Shown here one piece after another: positions 1 to 10,054 of a stretch of 64,000 nt of DNA. The notes below the pieces were generated by a model that was not told the DNA's origin, made no database searches, and saw only the letters and a list, made by a program, of their open reading frames with translations. Numbering within the stretch: the stretch's first letter is position 1; the number at the start of each line of letters is the position of its first letter. The translations under genes were made by a program, and so were the position numbers. The DNA comes from Acidimicrobiia bacterium (lineage in GTDB: Bacteria; Actinomycetota; Acidimicrobiia; Spongiisociales; ZC4RG35), in contig CBDBCY010000004.1 in the NCBI GenBank assembly GCA_965203555.1, positions 672,001 through 736,000 on the forward strand, read 5' to 3'.

Positions 1-292
1 GCCGCCTCCACACTATTACCCCCAACCGCCGGGCGGCCAGTACCTCGGGGTCCTGTTCGGGAACCGCCGAAGAGATCGCCACCAGGTCCGTGTCCCTCGA
101 GATGCGATCCGGGCGGTGACCCGCCCACACCTCGACGCCGATGTCGGAAAGAGCGTCCAAGCGGGACGACCGGCGGATGTCCGATCCGGTCACGATCTTG
201 TCCGACTCCGCCAGCAGTTTGGCCAGCCCGCTCATTCCCGCTCCCCCCACCCCCACCACATGGATCCTGATCATCCCATCCAGATCAAACAT
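1..292 (-). CDS. murC: UDP-N-acetylmuramate--L-alanine ligase, 5' part only (runs off window start)
   Basis: Hand translation from ATG at 292: MFDLDGMIRIHVVGVGGAGMSGLAKLL...VTGSD, the MurC N-terminal motif; directly follows murG. Confidence 0.9.
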   Translation of the reverse strand, partial: MFDLDGMIRIHVVGVGGAGMSGLAKLLAESDKIVTGSDIRRSSRLDALSDIGVEVWAGHRPDRISRDTDLVAISSAVPEQDPEVLAARRLGVIVWRR

Positions 293-1364
293 GTGCACAC
301 CTCATTTCCTCGGCGATCTGTTGCGCAGCCAGGGGACGCGCCATCGCCAACGCCGCTTTCGCCATGGACTCCCGACGATCACGGTCGTACAGAAGACCTC
401 TGACCACCGGACCCAATTCTTGCAGATCAGATTCGCTCACCGATATCGCCGCTCCCGCATCATCCAAGGCGGCGGCGTTCGCCGCCTGGTGGCTGGCTGA
501 ACCGAACTCTCCGGGAACCAGAACCGAAGGCAAACCGACTGCGGTCAACTCGGCAACTCCCCCTCCGGCCCGGGCCACCACCAGATCGCATGCCGAATAG
601 AACAGATCCATACGCTCTTCAAATCCCACCACCCTCCACCGAACGGGACTCGCCGACGCCTGCTCGGACATCTCGACGAAATGGGCGGCGCCGGTCAGAT
701 GGACCACCTGGACAGGATCCTCCTTCCAGTCCCTCAACATCTGTTGGACACCCGAGTTGATGGCTGCCGCCCCCAAACTTCCCCCCATCACTCCCACCAC
801 CGGAATCCCATCGGAGAGCCGGTAGTGGAAACGGGCCTGTTCCCGCAACCCGTCCCGATCCAACCCGGCGATGTCAGCCCGGATCGGGTTGCCCACCCAC
901 TCGGCCCTCTTCAATCCACCAGTGTCGGGAAAGGAAGCAAAACTGCGGGTTGCCCACCTCTCCATGACTCGATTGGCCAACCCGGCCACCGCGTTCTGCT
1001 CCAAGAGAAAGAACGGGATTCCGTGGGAACGGGCGGCCCACCCTGCCGGCGCGGTCACATAACCTCCCGTGGCGAGCAGTACCTCGACGCGGCGCTCCAC
1101 CAGCGCTCGCCGGATCCGCAGGATGGCCGTCGAGACCTTCTGGGGAATGGTGAGGTTTCGAACCGTGATCCGGCGGGCCAGCCCCTGCAGGGGAACCGAC
1201 AGAAGACTGAACCCGGCCCGGGGCACTGCTGCTTCCTCCACACGATTTCCTCCGATGAACAACACCTCTTCGGACCGAACCCCCTGGGACACCAGCGCTT
1301 CGGCCACCGCCAGACCGGGATAGACGTGTCCGGCAGTTCCCGCGGCGGCGATCGCGAAGGTCAT
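285..1364 (-). CDS. murG: Undecaprenyldiphospho-muramoylpentapeptide beta-N-acetylglucosaminyltransferase
   Basis: GTAGHVYPG, EQNAVAGLAN, GNPIR, GGSLGA and HQxxNA motifs; start at 1364 overlaps the ftsW stop (ATGA). Confidence 0.95.
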   Translation of the reverse strand: MTFAIAAAGTAGHVYPGLAVAEALVSQGVRSEEVLFIGGNRVEEAAVPRAGFSLLSVPLQGLARRITVRNLTIPQKVSTAILRIRRALVERRVEVLLATGGYVTAPAGWAARSHGIPFFLLEQNAVAGLANRVMERWATRSFASFPDTGGLKRAEWVGNPIRADIAGLDRDGLREQARFHYRLSDGIPVVGVMGGSLGAAAINSGVQQMLRDWKEDPVQVVHLTGAAHFVEMSEQASASPVRWRVVGFEERMDLFYSACDLVVARAGGGVAELTAVGLPSVLVPGEFGSASHQAANAAALDDAGAAISVSESDLQELGPVVRGLLYDRDRRESMAKAALAMARPLAAQQIAEEMRCAHV

Positions 1365-2533
1365 TTTCGTAATTTCACCGGATTGCCTCCCTGACGGGCC
1401 ACATTGAGGAGTACTCCCAAGGCGCCCATGTTCACCACCAGGGAAGACACGCCGTAGGAGATGAAAGGAAGGGTGATGCCGGTTATAGGCAGCCAACCCA
1501 CCACGCCCCCTACGTTGATCAAGCCTTGGAAGCCAAGCCAGGCCGTGATCCCCGCCGCCAGCATCTGACCGAAATGATCGGGGGCGCGTCGAGCCACCAT
1601 CCAGCCCAACACCACCAGCACCACGAACAACGTGATGACGAACAGACCTCCCAACAGCCCGATCTCCTCTCCGATGATGGCGAAGATAAAGTCGGTGTGA
1701 GCGTTGGGCAGGTAGAACCACCGCGCCCGGCTGTTACCCGGCCCGACCCCCCACAAACCTCCGGTCCCCAAGGCGACCCAGGACTGGATCAGCTGATATC
1801 CGGTGTCGGCCGCATCTCCCCAAGGATCAAGAAAACCCTTCAGCCGATCCAGGCGATAGGGGGCGATCACCGCCAGCAGGACGGAAGCTGCCAACCCCGC
1901 CACCGCGGACCCCACCATGTAGCCCATCGGGGCGCCGCCAACCCACAGCACCACAAAGGCGCAAATGGCGATCAGGATGGTGGTTCCGAAGTCAGGCTGC
2001 TGGAGCAACAGGAAACCGACGCTCCCAACCACCAGCATCACCGCGGAAATGTAGCTCTTGACGTCATCGAAAACGCCCCTTCCCCGCGAAATCAGGGAGG
2101 CCATCAGCACGATCACCGCAAACTTGGCGAGCTCGGAGGGCTCGAATCCCACTGAACCCACCCGCAGCCAGCGGGCGCTTCCTCCCACGCGGACTCCGAA
2201 CAGCAACACCATGAACAGCAGGACCAGCGCCCCTCCGAACAGGACATTGGCGTAGCGCTGGTACAACCGGTAGGGAACCCGGGATGTCACGATCAAGACC
2301 GCCGTTCCCAGTCCCACCCCCAGCAACTGTCTCATAAAGAAGTGATACTGGCCGTACTCCCAGTTTATCCCCACCGTCGAGGAAGCCGAGATGGTCGCGC
2401 CCAACCCGATGACCACCAGGGTGAACACCACCGTCCCGAACAGCAGGATGATCTGGGTATTGATCCGGTAGCGGGATGCGCTCTGGATTCTCTCGGCCCT
2501 GGCGCGGTAGATGGTGGTTACGTTGGTAGCCAT
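1361..2533 (-). CDS. ftsW: SEDS peptidoglycan polymerase FtsW
   Basis: Multi-TM; RW...EPSELAK, QPDFGT, HTDFIFAIIGEE, GITLPFISYG; dcw context. Confidence 0.95.
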   Translation of the reverse strand: MATNVTTIYRARAERIQSASRYRINTQIILLFGTVVFTLVVIGLGATISASSTVGINWEYGQYHFFMRQLLGVGLGTAVLIVTSRVPYRLYQRYANVLFGGALVLLFMVLLFGVRVGGSARWLRVGSVGFEPSELAKFAVIVLMASLISRGRGVFDDVKSYISAVMLVVGSVGFLLLQQPDFGTTILIAICAFVVLWVGGAPMGYMVGSAVAGLAASVLLAVIAPYRLDRLKGFLDPWGDAADTGYQLIQSWVALGTGGLWGVGPGNSRARWFYLPNAHTDFIFAIIGEEIGLLGGLFVITLFVVLVVLGWMVARRAPDHFGQMLAAGITAWLGFQGLINVGGVVGWLPITGITLPFISYGVSSLVVNMGALGVLLNVARQGGNPVKLRK

Positions 2534-3841
2534 TCAGGTCCTTTCCCGGCTGCCGGACAGATCGGCCACGATCCGTCCAAACTGCTTGCCGCGGGCTTGA
2601 TAGGAGTCGAATTGGTCGAAAGAGGCGCAGCCGGGGGCCAGCAACACCACGTCATGCGGAAGGGCCATCTCCAAAGCCATCTCCACCGCATTCGACAGGG
2701 TCCCGGCGGGAGTCACCTTCCCCACAGGCCCAGCCTCGACCAACTCCGGGGAGGCGGCGCCTATGGAGACAACCGCCCTGACCGGGGCGGCCCTGGTCAG
2801 CGGAGACAAGTCCAGTCCCTTGTTGAGTCCCCCGGCGATCAGCACCACCGAGCGAAAAGAATTGATGGACGCCAGGGCCGCATGGGGATTGGTGGCCTTC
2901 GAATCATCCACAAACCGCACTCCACCGATCTCTCCGACCACCCGGCGTCGATGGGGGCCGGGAGAAAAGCCCCGTATCGCCGCCTCCACCGCCTTCTGCG
3001 AGGCCCCCATCCTGCGGGCTGCGGCAGCCGCGATCAACATGTCGGAAAGATAGGACGGATCGGTCACCGCCAGTTCATCGAGGGGGATTCGGGCGCCGCC
3101 CACCAGCAGATCGCCGCGATCCACTCCTCCCTCCCCCGTCTTCGAAGACGCCGACACTGCAACCAACCGGCTTCCGGCGCCACTCGTCGCCCGGGTGGCG
3201 CCCGGGTCGTCGGCGTTGAAGATCAACGTGTCGGCTTCGGTCTGAGACAGGTGTATGCGAGCTTTTGCGGCCAGGTACCGGTCCTGGGTCCCATGCCAGT
3301 CCAGGTGATCGGAGGCGACATTGACAATCACCGCCGTACGGGGGGCAAGCGTGCGCGTGAAGCGCAACTGGAAGCTGGACAGCTCCACCACCGCCCGCTC
3401 ATGATGGCTGCCGACCAAGTCGGAGAGCGGATCCCCAATGTTGCCCACCACCGGAACCTGCAGACCGGACAGGGCCAGCATCCTCCCGATCAGCAGAGCG
3501 ACGGTAGTCTTCCCGTTGGTGCCGGTTATGGCAGTCATCTCGGTTCGCAGTTCACGACCGGCCAACTCCACCTCACTCCACACCGGTTTTCCCGCCCCCA
3601 GCGCGTCCTGGATGGGCCGAGAACCTTCAGGGAACCCGGGGCTCGCGACCACCAGGTCGCAGTTCTCGACAAACTCCCGACGCCATCGACCGGTCACCGC
3701 CGACCACTGCGGCGTCCCGTTGCAGGAGGCCACCGCCTCGGGCCTGGCATCGTAAACCCTCACCCTCCATCCCAGTCCGGCCCCGATCCGGGCGGCGGCT
3801 CGCCCGGACACTCCGGCCCCCAACACCAGACACCGCTTCAC
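2534..3841 (-). CDS. murD: UDP-N-acetylmuramoyl-L-alanine--D-glutamate ligase
   Basis: GAGVSG, GTNGKTT, ELSSFQL, DHLDWH, DDSKATN, LLAPGCASFDQF; GTG at 3841 overlaps the mraY stop. Confidence 0.95.
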   Translation of the reverse strand: MKRCLVLGAGVSGRAAARIGAGLGWRVRVYDARPEAVASCNGTPQWSAVTGRWRREFVENCDLVVASPGFPEGSRPIQDALGAGKPVWSEVELAGRELRTEMTAITGTNGKTTVALLIGRMLALSGLQVPVVGNIGDPLSDLVGSHHERAVVELSSFQLRFTRTLAPRTAVIVNVASDHLDWHGTQDRYLAAKARIHLSQTEADTLIFNADDPGATRATSGAGSRLVAVSASSKTGEGGVDRGDLLVGGARIPLDELAVTDPSYLSDMLIAAAAARRMGASQKAVEAAIRGFSPGPHRRRVVGEIGGVRFVDDSKATNPHAALASINSFRSVVLIAGGLNKGLDLSPLTRAAPVRAVVSIGAASPELVEAGPVGKVTPAGTLSNAVEMALEMALPHDVVLLAPGCASFDQFDSYQARGKQFGRIVADLSGSRERT

Positions 3842-4902
3842 AGCAACCCCTCCAGCGCCAGAAAGTCGGCATAGAAGATGCCCAAACCCAGCGATACACC
3901 CAGTCCGGCCAAGATCCAGAATCGAATCACCACCGTCGGCTCCTCCCAGCCGGCCAGGCTGAAATGGTGATGAAACGGGGCCATGCGAAACACCCGCCGA
4001 CCGGTGGTCCGGAAACTGACCACCTGGATGATCACCGACAGCGTCTCGGCCACAAACAGCCCGCCGATCACCATCAACAGCAATTGCGTGTTGGTCAGCA
4101 CCGCCAATGCGGCCAGCAGACCGCCGATGGCGTGGGAGCCGATGTCTCCCATTATCAGACGGGCCGGAGGGGCGTTCCACCACAAAAACCCCAGCAGCGC
4201 CCCGACCATGGCCGCCGCGATCGTCGCCAAGGCCAGTGGATCCACCGCCATGTAGATGTCGGCATGGCGGACCTGCCAGAAGGCGATCACCACGTAAGCG
4301 CCGAACATCAGCACGGCCGATCCGCCTGCCAGGCCGTCCATCCCGTCCGCCAGGTTGGCGCCGTTGGCCGCCCCGGTCAACATCACCAGCACCAACACCG
4401 TGAAGAGAGCGCCGAGTTCGATGCCCAGCGGCCGGGTGAAGGACAGTTCGGTGATCACCCCCGATCCCCGAGCGCTCCATACGAACAGGGCGGCCACCAC
4501 GATCTGGCCTCCGAATTTGGCTGCCTTTCGCAACCCGAGCGACCGGCGCCGTCGAGTTTTCACCAGATCATCGAAGAAACCGACCGCAGCCATTCCCACC
4601 AGGGCCACCAGACACAGGAACCCCCCCGTGGGAATGGTATTGAAGGTCACAGACAGCCCGTCTGCGACGTTGAAGCGGACGTAGGCAAGAAAGTAGGCTG
4701 CGACCGCGGCGGCCACGAACATGATCCCGCCCATGGTGGGAGTCCCCAGTTTGTGGCCGTGCGCGCCTTGAATCTCCTCTTGAATAAAGTCCCCGATGTT
4801 CAGCCGGCGCAGCACCTTGATCCCGTAGAAGGTGAGCACCAGGGACAGAACAAAGCCCACTGACGAACCCACCAGAAGGTTGATCACCTTCCCACCTTCC
4901 AC
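3838..4902 (-). CDS. mraY: Phospho-N-acetylmuramoyl-pentapeptide transferase
   Basis: KxGTPTMGG, GFFDD, NxxDGMDGL, MGDxG, FRMAPFHHHF; true start may be GTG 4887. Confidence 0.95.
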   Translation of the reverse strand: MEGGKVINLLVGSSVGFVLSLVLTFYGIKVLRRLNIGDFIQEEIQGAHGHKLGTPTMGGIMFVAAAVAAYFLAYVRFNVADGLSVTFNTIPTGGFLCLVALVGMAAVGFFDDLVKTRRRRSLGLRKAAKFGGQIVVAALFVWSARGSGVITELSFTRPLGIELGALFTVLVLVMLTGAANGANLADGMDGLAGGSAVLMFGAYVVIAFWQVRHADIYMAVDPLALATIAAAMVGALLGFLWWNAPPARLIMGDIGSHAIGGLLAALAVLTNTQLLLMVIGGLFVAETLSVIIQVVSFRTTGRRVFRMAPFHHHFSLAGWEEPTVVIRFWILAGLGVSLGLGIFYADFLALEGLL

Positions 4903-6356
4903 CGGGCCCCTTCGGTGATCCCCAACGCCTCCCTGGCGAACCGTCGGTCGTCAAAAGGTATGCGTTCGGTCCCGATTTCCTGGTAACGCTCGTGGCCCTT
5001 GCCCAGGATCAATACCACGTCACCCGGCCGAGCCCATCCCACTGTCGTGCGGATGGCCTGGGCGCGGTCCACCTCCACTGAGAATCCTCCGCCCTCTATA
5101 CCGGCGGACAGCTCGGCGAGAATCTCCAGCGGGTCCTCCGAACGCGGGTTGTCGGAGGTGAGCATGAGGAGATCGGCCGCCGCCGCCGCTCTGCCCATCT
5201 CCGCCCGTTTGCTCCGGTCGCGGTCCCCACCAGCCCCGATCACGGCTATCACCCGGCCGCGGGCTGCTTTCCGGGCGGCCTTGATCACCGCCGCGATCGC
5301 TCCGGGCGTGTGGGCGTAGTCGACCACCACCGCCGCCGGGCGATCGGCCACCACCTCGAATCGTCCATCCACCGGAGACATGGCCGCAATACCCGACGAG
5401 ATCTCGTTTGGCGAATATCCCATCGCCAGCGCGGCCGCCGCCGCCAGCAGGGCGTTGTTTCCGTTGTGAATTCCCCCCATGGAGGTCTCCACGGTGAAGC
5501 TGACTCCCGCCGCCCGGCAGGTAACCGCCGCTCCGGCAATACCTCGGTTCACCACCTCGCCTCTCACCTCGGCCTCGGCGCCCGTTCCGACGGTGGTGAC
5601 GGGAATCCTGCAACCCGCAGCCAACCTCCGGCCCCACTCATCATCGGTCCACACCACTGCCGCAGATGAGAATTCCGGCAAGAAGAGTCGCTCTTTGCTG
5701 CGGTAATAGTCCTCCTGGGTTCCGTGAAAGTCCAGGTGGTCGTGTCCCAGATTGGTGAAGACCGCCAACTCGAACCGAAGATGGTCCACTCTGCGCAACG
5801 CCAGCCCATGGGAGGAAACCTCCATCAAAGCCGTGTCCACCCCCTCGGCGCGCATGGTCGCCAACTGCCGTTGTACCTCGGAGGATTCCGGAGTGGTAAG
5901 CGAGGTGGGAACCGTCTTCCGGCCGATCCCGGCCCCCAGGGTGCCGATCACCCCGGTTCTGTGACCGGCGTTGCGGACCACGGACTCGATCATGTGCATC
6001 ACGGTTGTCTTTCCGTTGGTGCCGGTGACTCCCACCAGTCGAAGACTTCGGGAGGGATGGCCGTACACTTCGGCCGCGGCCCTCCGCAGAGCCTTCCTGC
6101 CGTCGGGGACCACTATCTGGGGGACCCGGTGGTCCACCGGCCGCTCGCAGATCACCGCCACCGCTCCCCGGGACACAGCCTCTTCGATGTAGTCGTGACC
6201 GTCGAAGCGATCCCCTCTCAACGCCACGAACACATCCCCCGCCCTCACCGTCCGGCTGTCGTGGCTCACCCCTTCGACCCGGATCCCTTCCCTGCCGCGC
6301 ACCGAGGCGCCCAGGCGTTCTGCCACCATTGCGACCGTCATCTCAGTAGTTCTCAC
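4884..6356 (-). CDS. murE: UDP-MurNAc-Ala-Glu--2,6-diaminopimelate ligase
   Basis: GTNGKTT, TTPES, MEVSSHG, DHLDFH, VDYAHTP; the DNPR motif indicates DAP specificity. Confidence 0.95.
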   Translation of the reverse strand: MRTTEMTVAMVAERLGASVRGREGIRVEGVSHDSRTVRAGDVFVALRGDRFDGHDYIEEAVSRGAVAVICERPVDHRVPQIVVPDGRKALRRAAAEVYGHPSRSLRLVGVTGTNGKTTVMHMIESVVRNAGHRTGVIGTLGAGIGRKTVPTSLTTPESSEVQRQLATMRAEGVDTALMEVSSHGLALRRVDHLRFELAVFTNLGHDHLDFHGTQEDYYRSKERLFLPEFSSAAVVWTDDEWGRRLAAGCRIPVTTVGTGAEAEVRGEVVNRGIAGAAVTCRAAGVSFTVETSMGGIHNGNNALLAAAAALAMGYSPNEISSGIAAMSPVDGRFEVVADRPAAVVVDYAHTPGAIAAVIKAARKAARGRVIAVIGAGGDRDRSKRAEMGRAAAAADLLMLTSDNPRSEDPLEILAELSAGIEGGGFSVEVDRAQAIRTTVGWARPGDVVLILGKGHERYQEIGTERIPFDDRRFAREALGITEGARWKVGR

Positions 6357-8079
6357 TGGGGATCTCTCCCAATCTTCTCAGGGCGACTTCCATTATCTCG
6401 GAGAACACCGGAGCCGCAGCCGAACCACCGGTCCGGAATTCGGATCTGGTGGGTCCGTCCACCACCACCAAGACCACCACCTTGGGATCGTCCACCGGCG
6501 CCATTCCGATGAAGGAGGCGATGTTGAGTTCTTCGTCATATCCGTCGAAACCCAGCTTGGAAGAGGTTCCGGTCTTGCCTCCCACCTCGAATCCGGTGAC
6601 CGCAGCCTCCTGACCGGTTCCCTTGTTGACCGTGTCAGCCATCAGAAGACGCATGACGCGAGCTGTCTCCGGCTTGATCACCTGGCGCTGAACGATGTCG
6701 GAGACCGGACGAACCTGGCCGTCCACCCGCAGCGCCTTCACCAGGTGAGGCTGCACCCATATCCCGTCGTTGGCCACCGCCGCAAAGACGGACGCCATCT
6801 GAATAGGGGTGACCGCCACCGAATAGCCGATCGCTGCCGAGGTCAGACAGGTGCTGCAGGTGGGATCCAGGTTCAGCAACCCCTCGGCCTCTCCGGAGAA
6901 GTCCACGCCGGTGGGAACCCCCAGGCCGAAAGCGCTTATGTATTCGGACAGCATTCCCCTGGGCAGCCTCTGTTGAACCATGATGGTCCCCACGTTGGAG
7001 GACCGCACGAAAATGTCCGCCACCGTCAGATCCAGGGGCTCGTGAAAGGTGAAGTCGCGATAACACCCGTAGATCTCGTCATCGGGTTCCTCACAGGCCC
7101 GGGGAAAGACCTCGATCTCATAGGGAACTTGGGGAATCAGGTCGGATGCCCTCCAAATCCCACTGTCCAGCGCGGCGGCAATGGTGACCACCTTCTGGGT
7201 GGACCCGGGTTCGTACAGCCCGCGCACCGCGAAATTCGAATAGGGTGACCCGTCCTCGGAGATCCGTTCCTCGGGGTCGAAGCTCGGCACGCCCCCCATG
7301 GCCAGGATCTCTCCGGTCTCGGGATTGAGCGCCACCGCCCAACACTGCTCCGCCCCGGTTCGGGCCACTCCCGACCGGCAGGCTTCCATCACGCTGTATT
7401 GGAGCAGCAAATCCAAGGTGGTGAGGAGGTCGGACCCCCGGACGGCTTCGGTGATCTCACGCAATCCGGTGGGAATCTGACGACCCTTCACGTCCTGCTC
7501 GATCATCGCTCTCCCAGGCGCCCCGGCCAGATCGTCCTGGTAGTAATACTCCAATCCCTCGATGCCCACCCCGTCTATGTTCACCATTCCCAGCACATGG
7601 GACGCCACCGATGACGGATAGATGCGTTTGGATTCCGGCTCACTGTAGACGCCCGCAAACCCCATATTCATGATTTCCTCCACCGCATCCACCTCCAACT
7701 GGCGCTTGATATAGACAAAGTCGTCACCCGACTGAAGGTCTCTGGCCAGTTTCTCGACGTCGGCGCCCACTCGAAGTCCCACCTGTTGAGCGATCAACAC
7801 CGGATCTTCGATCTCTGAGGGGATCGCAAACAGGCTGGCCCCCAGAACGGTCAGGGCCAGCGCCTCCCCGTTCCGGTCGAATATCTCCCCCCGCTCCGGC
7901 AGCACTTCCTTTATGGAGAGGCGCTGTCGCAGGCCTCGCTGGGCGTAGCTGTCGTCCTCCACCACTTGCACGGTGTACATCTTGAACGCCATGGCAACCC
8001 AGGCCACCACCAACAATCCCCCCATCAGGGCCAGCCGTCTGGCTACCGAACGCGGGGCGGGGCCGGGCTGGTTCTCCAC
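6343..8079 (-). CDS. ftsI: Class B penicillin-binding protein (FtsI)
   Basis: N-terminal TM, RGEIFDRNG, SxxK (STQK), SSN and KTGT motifs. Confidence 0.93.
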   Translation of the reverse strand: MENQPGPAPRSVARRLALMGGLLVVAWVAMAFKMYTVQVVEDDSYAQRGLRQRLSIKEVLPERGEIFDRNGEALALTVLGASLFAIPSEIEDPVLIAQQVGLRVGADVEKLARDLQSGDDFVYIKRQLEVDAVEEIMNMGFAGVYSEPESKRIYPSSVASHVLGMVNIDGVGIEGLEYYYQDDLAGAPGRAMIEQDVKGRQIPTGLREITEAVRGSDLLTTLDLLLQYSVMEACRSGVARTGAEQCWAVALNPETGEILAMGGVPSFDPEERISEDGSPYSNFAVRGLYEPGSTQKVVTIAAALDSGIWRASDLIPQVPYEIEVFPRACEEPDDEIYGCYRDFTFHEPLDLTVADIFVRSSNVGTIMVQQRLPRGMLSEYISAFGLGVPTGVDFSGEAEGLLNLDPTCSTCLTSAAIGYSVAVTPIQMASVFAAVANDGIWVQPHLVKALRVDGQVRPVSDIVQRQVIKPETARVMRLLMADTVNKGTGQEAAVTGFEVGGKTGTSSKLGFDGYDEELNIASFIGMAPVDDPKVVVLVVVDGPTRSEFRTGGSAAAPVFSEIMEVALRRLGEIPSENY

Positions 8080-8081
8080 CT

Positions 8082-8471
8082 TTAGCCGGAAGGTTCGAAG
8101 CCCGGAATCACAGGCGCCACTCCGGGCACCCGAATGTGCACCACCTCGTCGGGATAGAACAGCCCCAACGGCTCGGCCAGGGAGGCCACCCGATCAGGAT
8201 TCTCGAGCCGGGCCACCTCCAGGCGGAGCAGGCGGTTTTGGATGGTCTCCTCCTCGATGCGGGCCTGCAATTCTGCCAGCCGAAAAGCTCCCTCGTCCAG
8301 GAGAGTGCGGCTCCACACCATTCCCAAGAATGTGGAGACGACCAGCACGATGAATGCGAACAGCATCAGAATCGCCGCGGGAGTCCGCCGCGAAGTGCTT
8401 GATCCCGCAGAAATGAGTCGCAGGGAAAAGCGATTCCCCGACGGGGAACCCGGCGCGGCGCGAGTAGTCAA
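8082..8471 (-). CDS. ftsL: Cell division protein FtsL-like
   Basis: Single TM followed by a leucine coiled coil; lies between rsmH and ftsI. Confidence 0.75.
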   Translation of the reverse strand: MTTRAAPGSPSGNRFSLRLISAGSSTSRRTPAAILMLFAFIVLVVSTFLGMVWSRTLLDEGAFRLAELQARIEEETIQNRLLRLEVARLENPDRVASLAEPLGLFYPDEVVHIRVPGVAPVIPGFEPSG

Positions 8472-9385
8472 GAGGCCAGCTTCTCCACCGCCCGCAGGCG
8501 AGCCGAGCGTGCCCGGCGATTGCGCGCCGTCTCCTGCCGATCGGGCCGGGCCGCTCCTTTGACCAACATCCTCAATTCCGGCGTCCGATCACATCCGCAC
8601 ACCGGCAGATCGGGTGGACAGGCGCATGCCTGCAAGCCTTCGGCAAACCGCCGTTTGACCAGACGATCCTCCAGGGAGTGGTAGGAAATGGTCACGCATC
8701 GGCCCTGGTGATCCAACAGCCGCAGAGCTGCCTCCAGTCCGCTGCTCACCGCCTCCAGTTCTTGATTGACCGCCATCCGAATGGCCTGGAAGGTGCGCCT
8801 GGCGGGATGCCCCTTGCGACGCAGGGCGGCAGGAACGGCCTCGGCGATCACCTCGGCAAGGGTCACAGTGTCATGCAAGGGGCGATTGGCCACGATCGCC
8901 CGGGCGATCCGACCGGCGGAGGGGTCCTCACCAAACTCCCGGATGGTCCCGGCCAGACGCCTCTCCTCCCAAGTGTTGACCACCTCTGCCGCCAACCTCG
9001 CCGAACGGGGATCCATCCTCATGTCGAGCGGGCCGCGTCGATGATACGAGAACCCGCGCTCCGGCTCGTCCAGTTGATCCGAAGAAAGACCGAAGTCGAA
9101 TAGAACACCGTTAATGGGAGCAAGGCCAGCCTGGTCGACAAGTATGTCCAGGTCGGCAAAGTTGCCTGATATGAAGTCGAATCCCAAAGTTGCCGCTCGT
9201 TCGGCTACCGCCGGATCCCGGTCAATTCCCATGATTCTTACGTTGGGTCCCATCACCTGTCGCAAACGTTGACTGTGACCGCCTCCTCCAAAAGTGGCGT
9301 CTATCAACGTTCCTCCCGGAAGGGGCTTGAAAAGCTCGCACACGAGGTCGGCCATGACCGGCTCGTGCCTGACACTATGGCTCAT
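8468..9385 (-). CDS. rsmH: 16S rRNA m4C1402 methyltransferase
   Basis: HEPVM, DATFGGGGHS, DxGLSSxQLD, LDMRM, HPARRTFQAIR, SYHSLEDR, RARSARLR. Confidence 0.95.
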   Translation of the reverse strand: MSHSVRHEPVMADLVCELFKPLPGGTLIDATFGGGGHSQRLRQVMGPNVRIMGIDRDPAVAERAATLGFDFISGNFADLDILVDQAGLAPINGVLFDFGLSSDQLDEPERGFSYHRRGPLDMRMDPRSARLAAEVVNTWEERRLAGTIREFGEDPSAGRIARAIVANRPLHDTVTLAEVIAEAVPAALRRKGHPARRTFQAIRMAVNQELEAVSSGLEAALRLLDHQGRCVTISYHSLEDRLVKRRFAEGLQACACPPDLPVCGCDRTPELRMLVKGAARPDRQETARNRRARSARLRAVEKLAS

Positions 9386-9470
9386 AGCCGGCCCCCCGAA
9401 GAATCGGCGCCTAGTGGAAGCGGGCGGATTGGGGCCTTCATTAGCTCCAGGGAGCCGGCTATGAGCCATA
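9376..9470 (-). ncRNA. mraW-motif-like cis RNA hairpin in the mraZ-rsmH spacer
   Basis: Perfect 17-bp inverted repeat (9376-9392 / 9454-9470) with inner stems; apical loop CUUCCAC versus CUUCCCC in the actinobacterial mraW RNA motif. Confidence 0.65.
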
Positions 9471-9507
9471 ACTGTTTCGGTCGTATCTCAATCCAGACCT
9501 TGGATCT

Positions 9508-9933
9508 TCACCTCTCTTCACGGTCAGCGAAGGAATGCTCTGCTTCTTTCAGGTGACGCTGGAAGGTAGGACTGCTCCAGACTTCGATCTCCTGATCCAC
9601 TCCCACCACTACCACTTCTCCCCCCGGCTCGATCCCGGCGTGTTCGCGAAGTTCGGACGTGACCATCAGACGGCCCTGGGAATCCATGGACTGCTGGTTG
9701 GCCGCGCCGAAGAACATCAACCGGCGAAACCTTCTGCCTGCAGGGGTTTCGCGGCTGTAACCCTGGCGCACCTCCGCAGCTCGTTGGTTCCAGCCGTCCT
9801 GGGAATAGATCACCAGGTGACCGTCCTGGCCCTTGGTGATCACGCAGGAGGGCGCCAGTTCGCCGCGGAAAGGCTTAGGCAACAACAATCTTCCTTTCTC
9901 GTCGACTGTGCGTTTGGTGGTTCCTAGAAACAT
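9508..9933 (-). CDS. mraZ: Transcriptional regulator MraZ
   Basis: Two DxxGR repeats (DEKGRL, DSQGRL); first gene of the dcw cluster. Confidence 0.93.
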   Translation of the reverse strand: MFLGTTKRTVDEKGRLLLPKPFRGELAPSCVITKGQDGHLVIYSQDGWNQRAAEVRQGYSRETPAGRRFRRLMFFGAANQQSMDSQGRLMVTSELREHAGIEPGGEVVVVGVDQEIEVWSSPTFQRHLKEAEHSFADREER

Positions 9934-9989
9934 GGGGCTTCGAAGCGGTACGGTCTTTGACTTGTTCAACCATCTTAGCGGGAATCTCC

Positions 9990-10054
9990 ATTATATACCA
10001 CTTTCCTCTACTCCAAGCATCTTTTCCCCCACTTTACTCCACCTTTTCACCACC
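9990..10054 (-). promoter_or_regulatory. dcw promoter with MraZ-binding GTGG repeats
   Basis: Minus strand reads GTGGTGAAAAG-GTGGAGTAAA-GTGGGGG (10-11 bp period), then a further AAAGTGG and a perfect TATAAT at 9990-9995. Confidence 0.7.

Noticed and set aside
3842-4480. N-terminal extension of the murD ORF (similar extensions in murG, tadA, pyrE, NUDIX and flp)
   Set aside because: They overlap upstream genes out of frame; homology and stop-start overlaps define shorter starts
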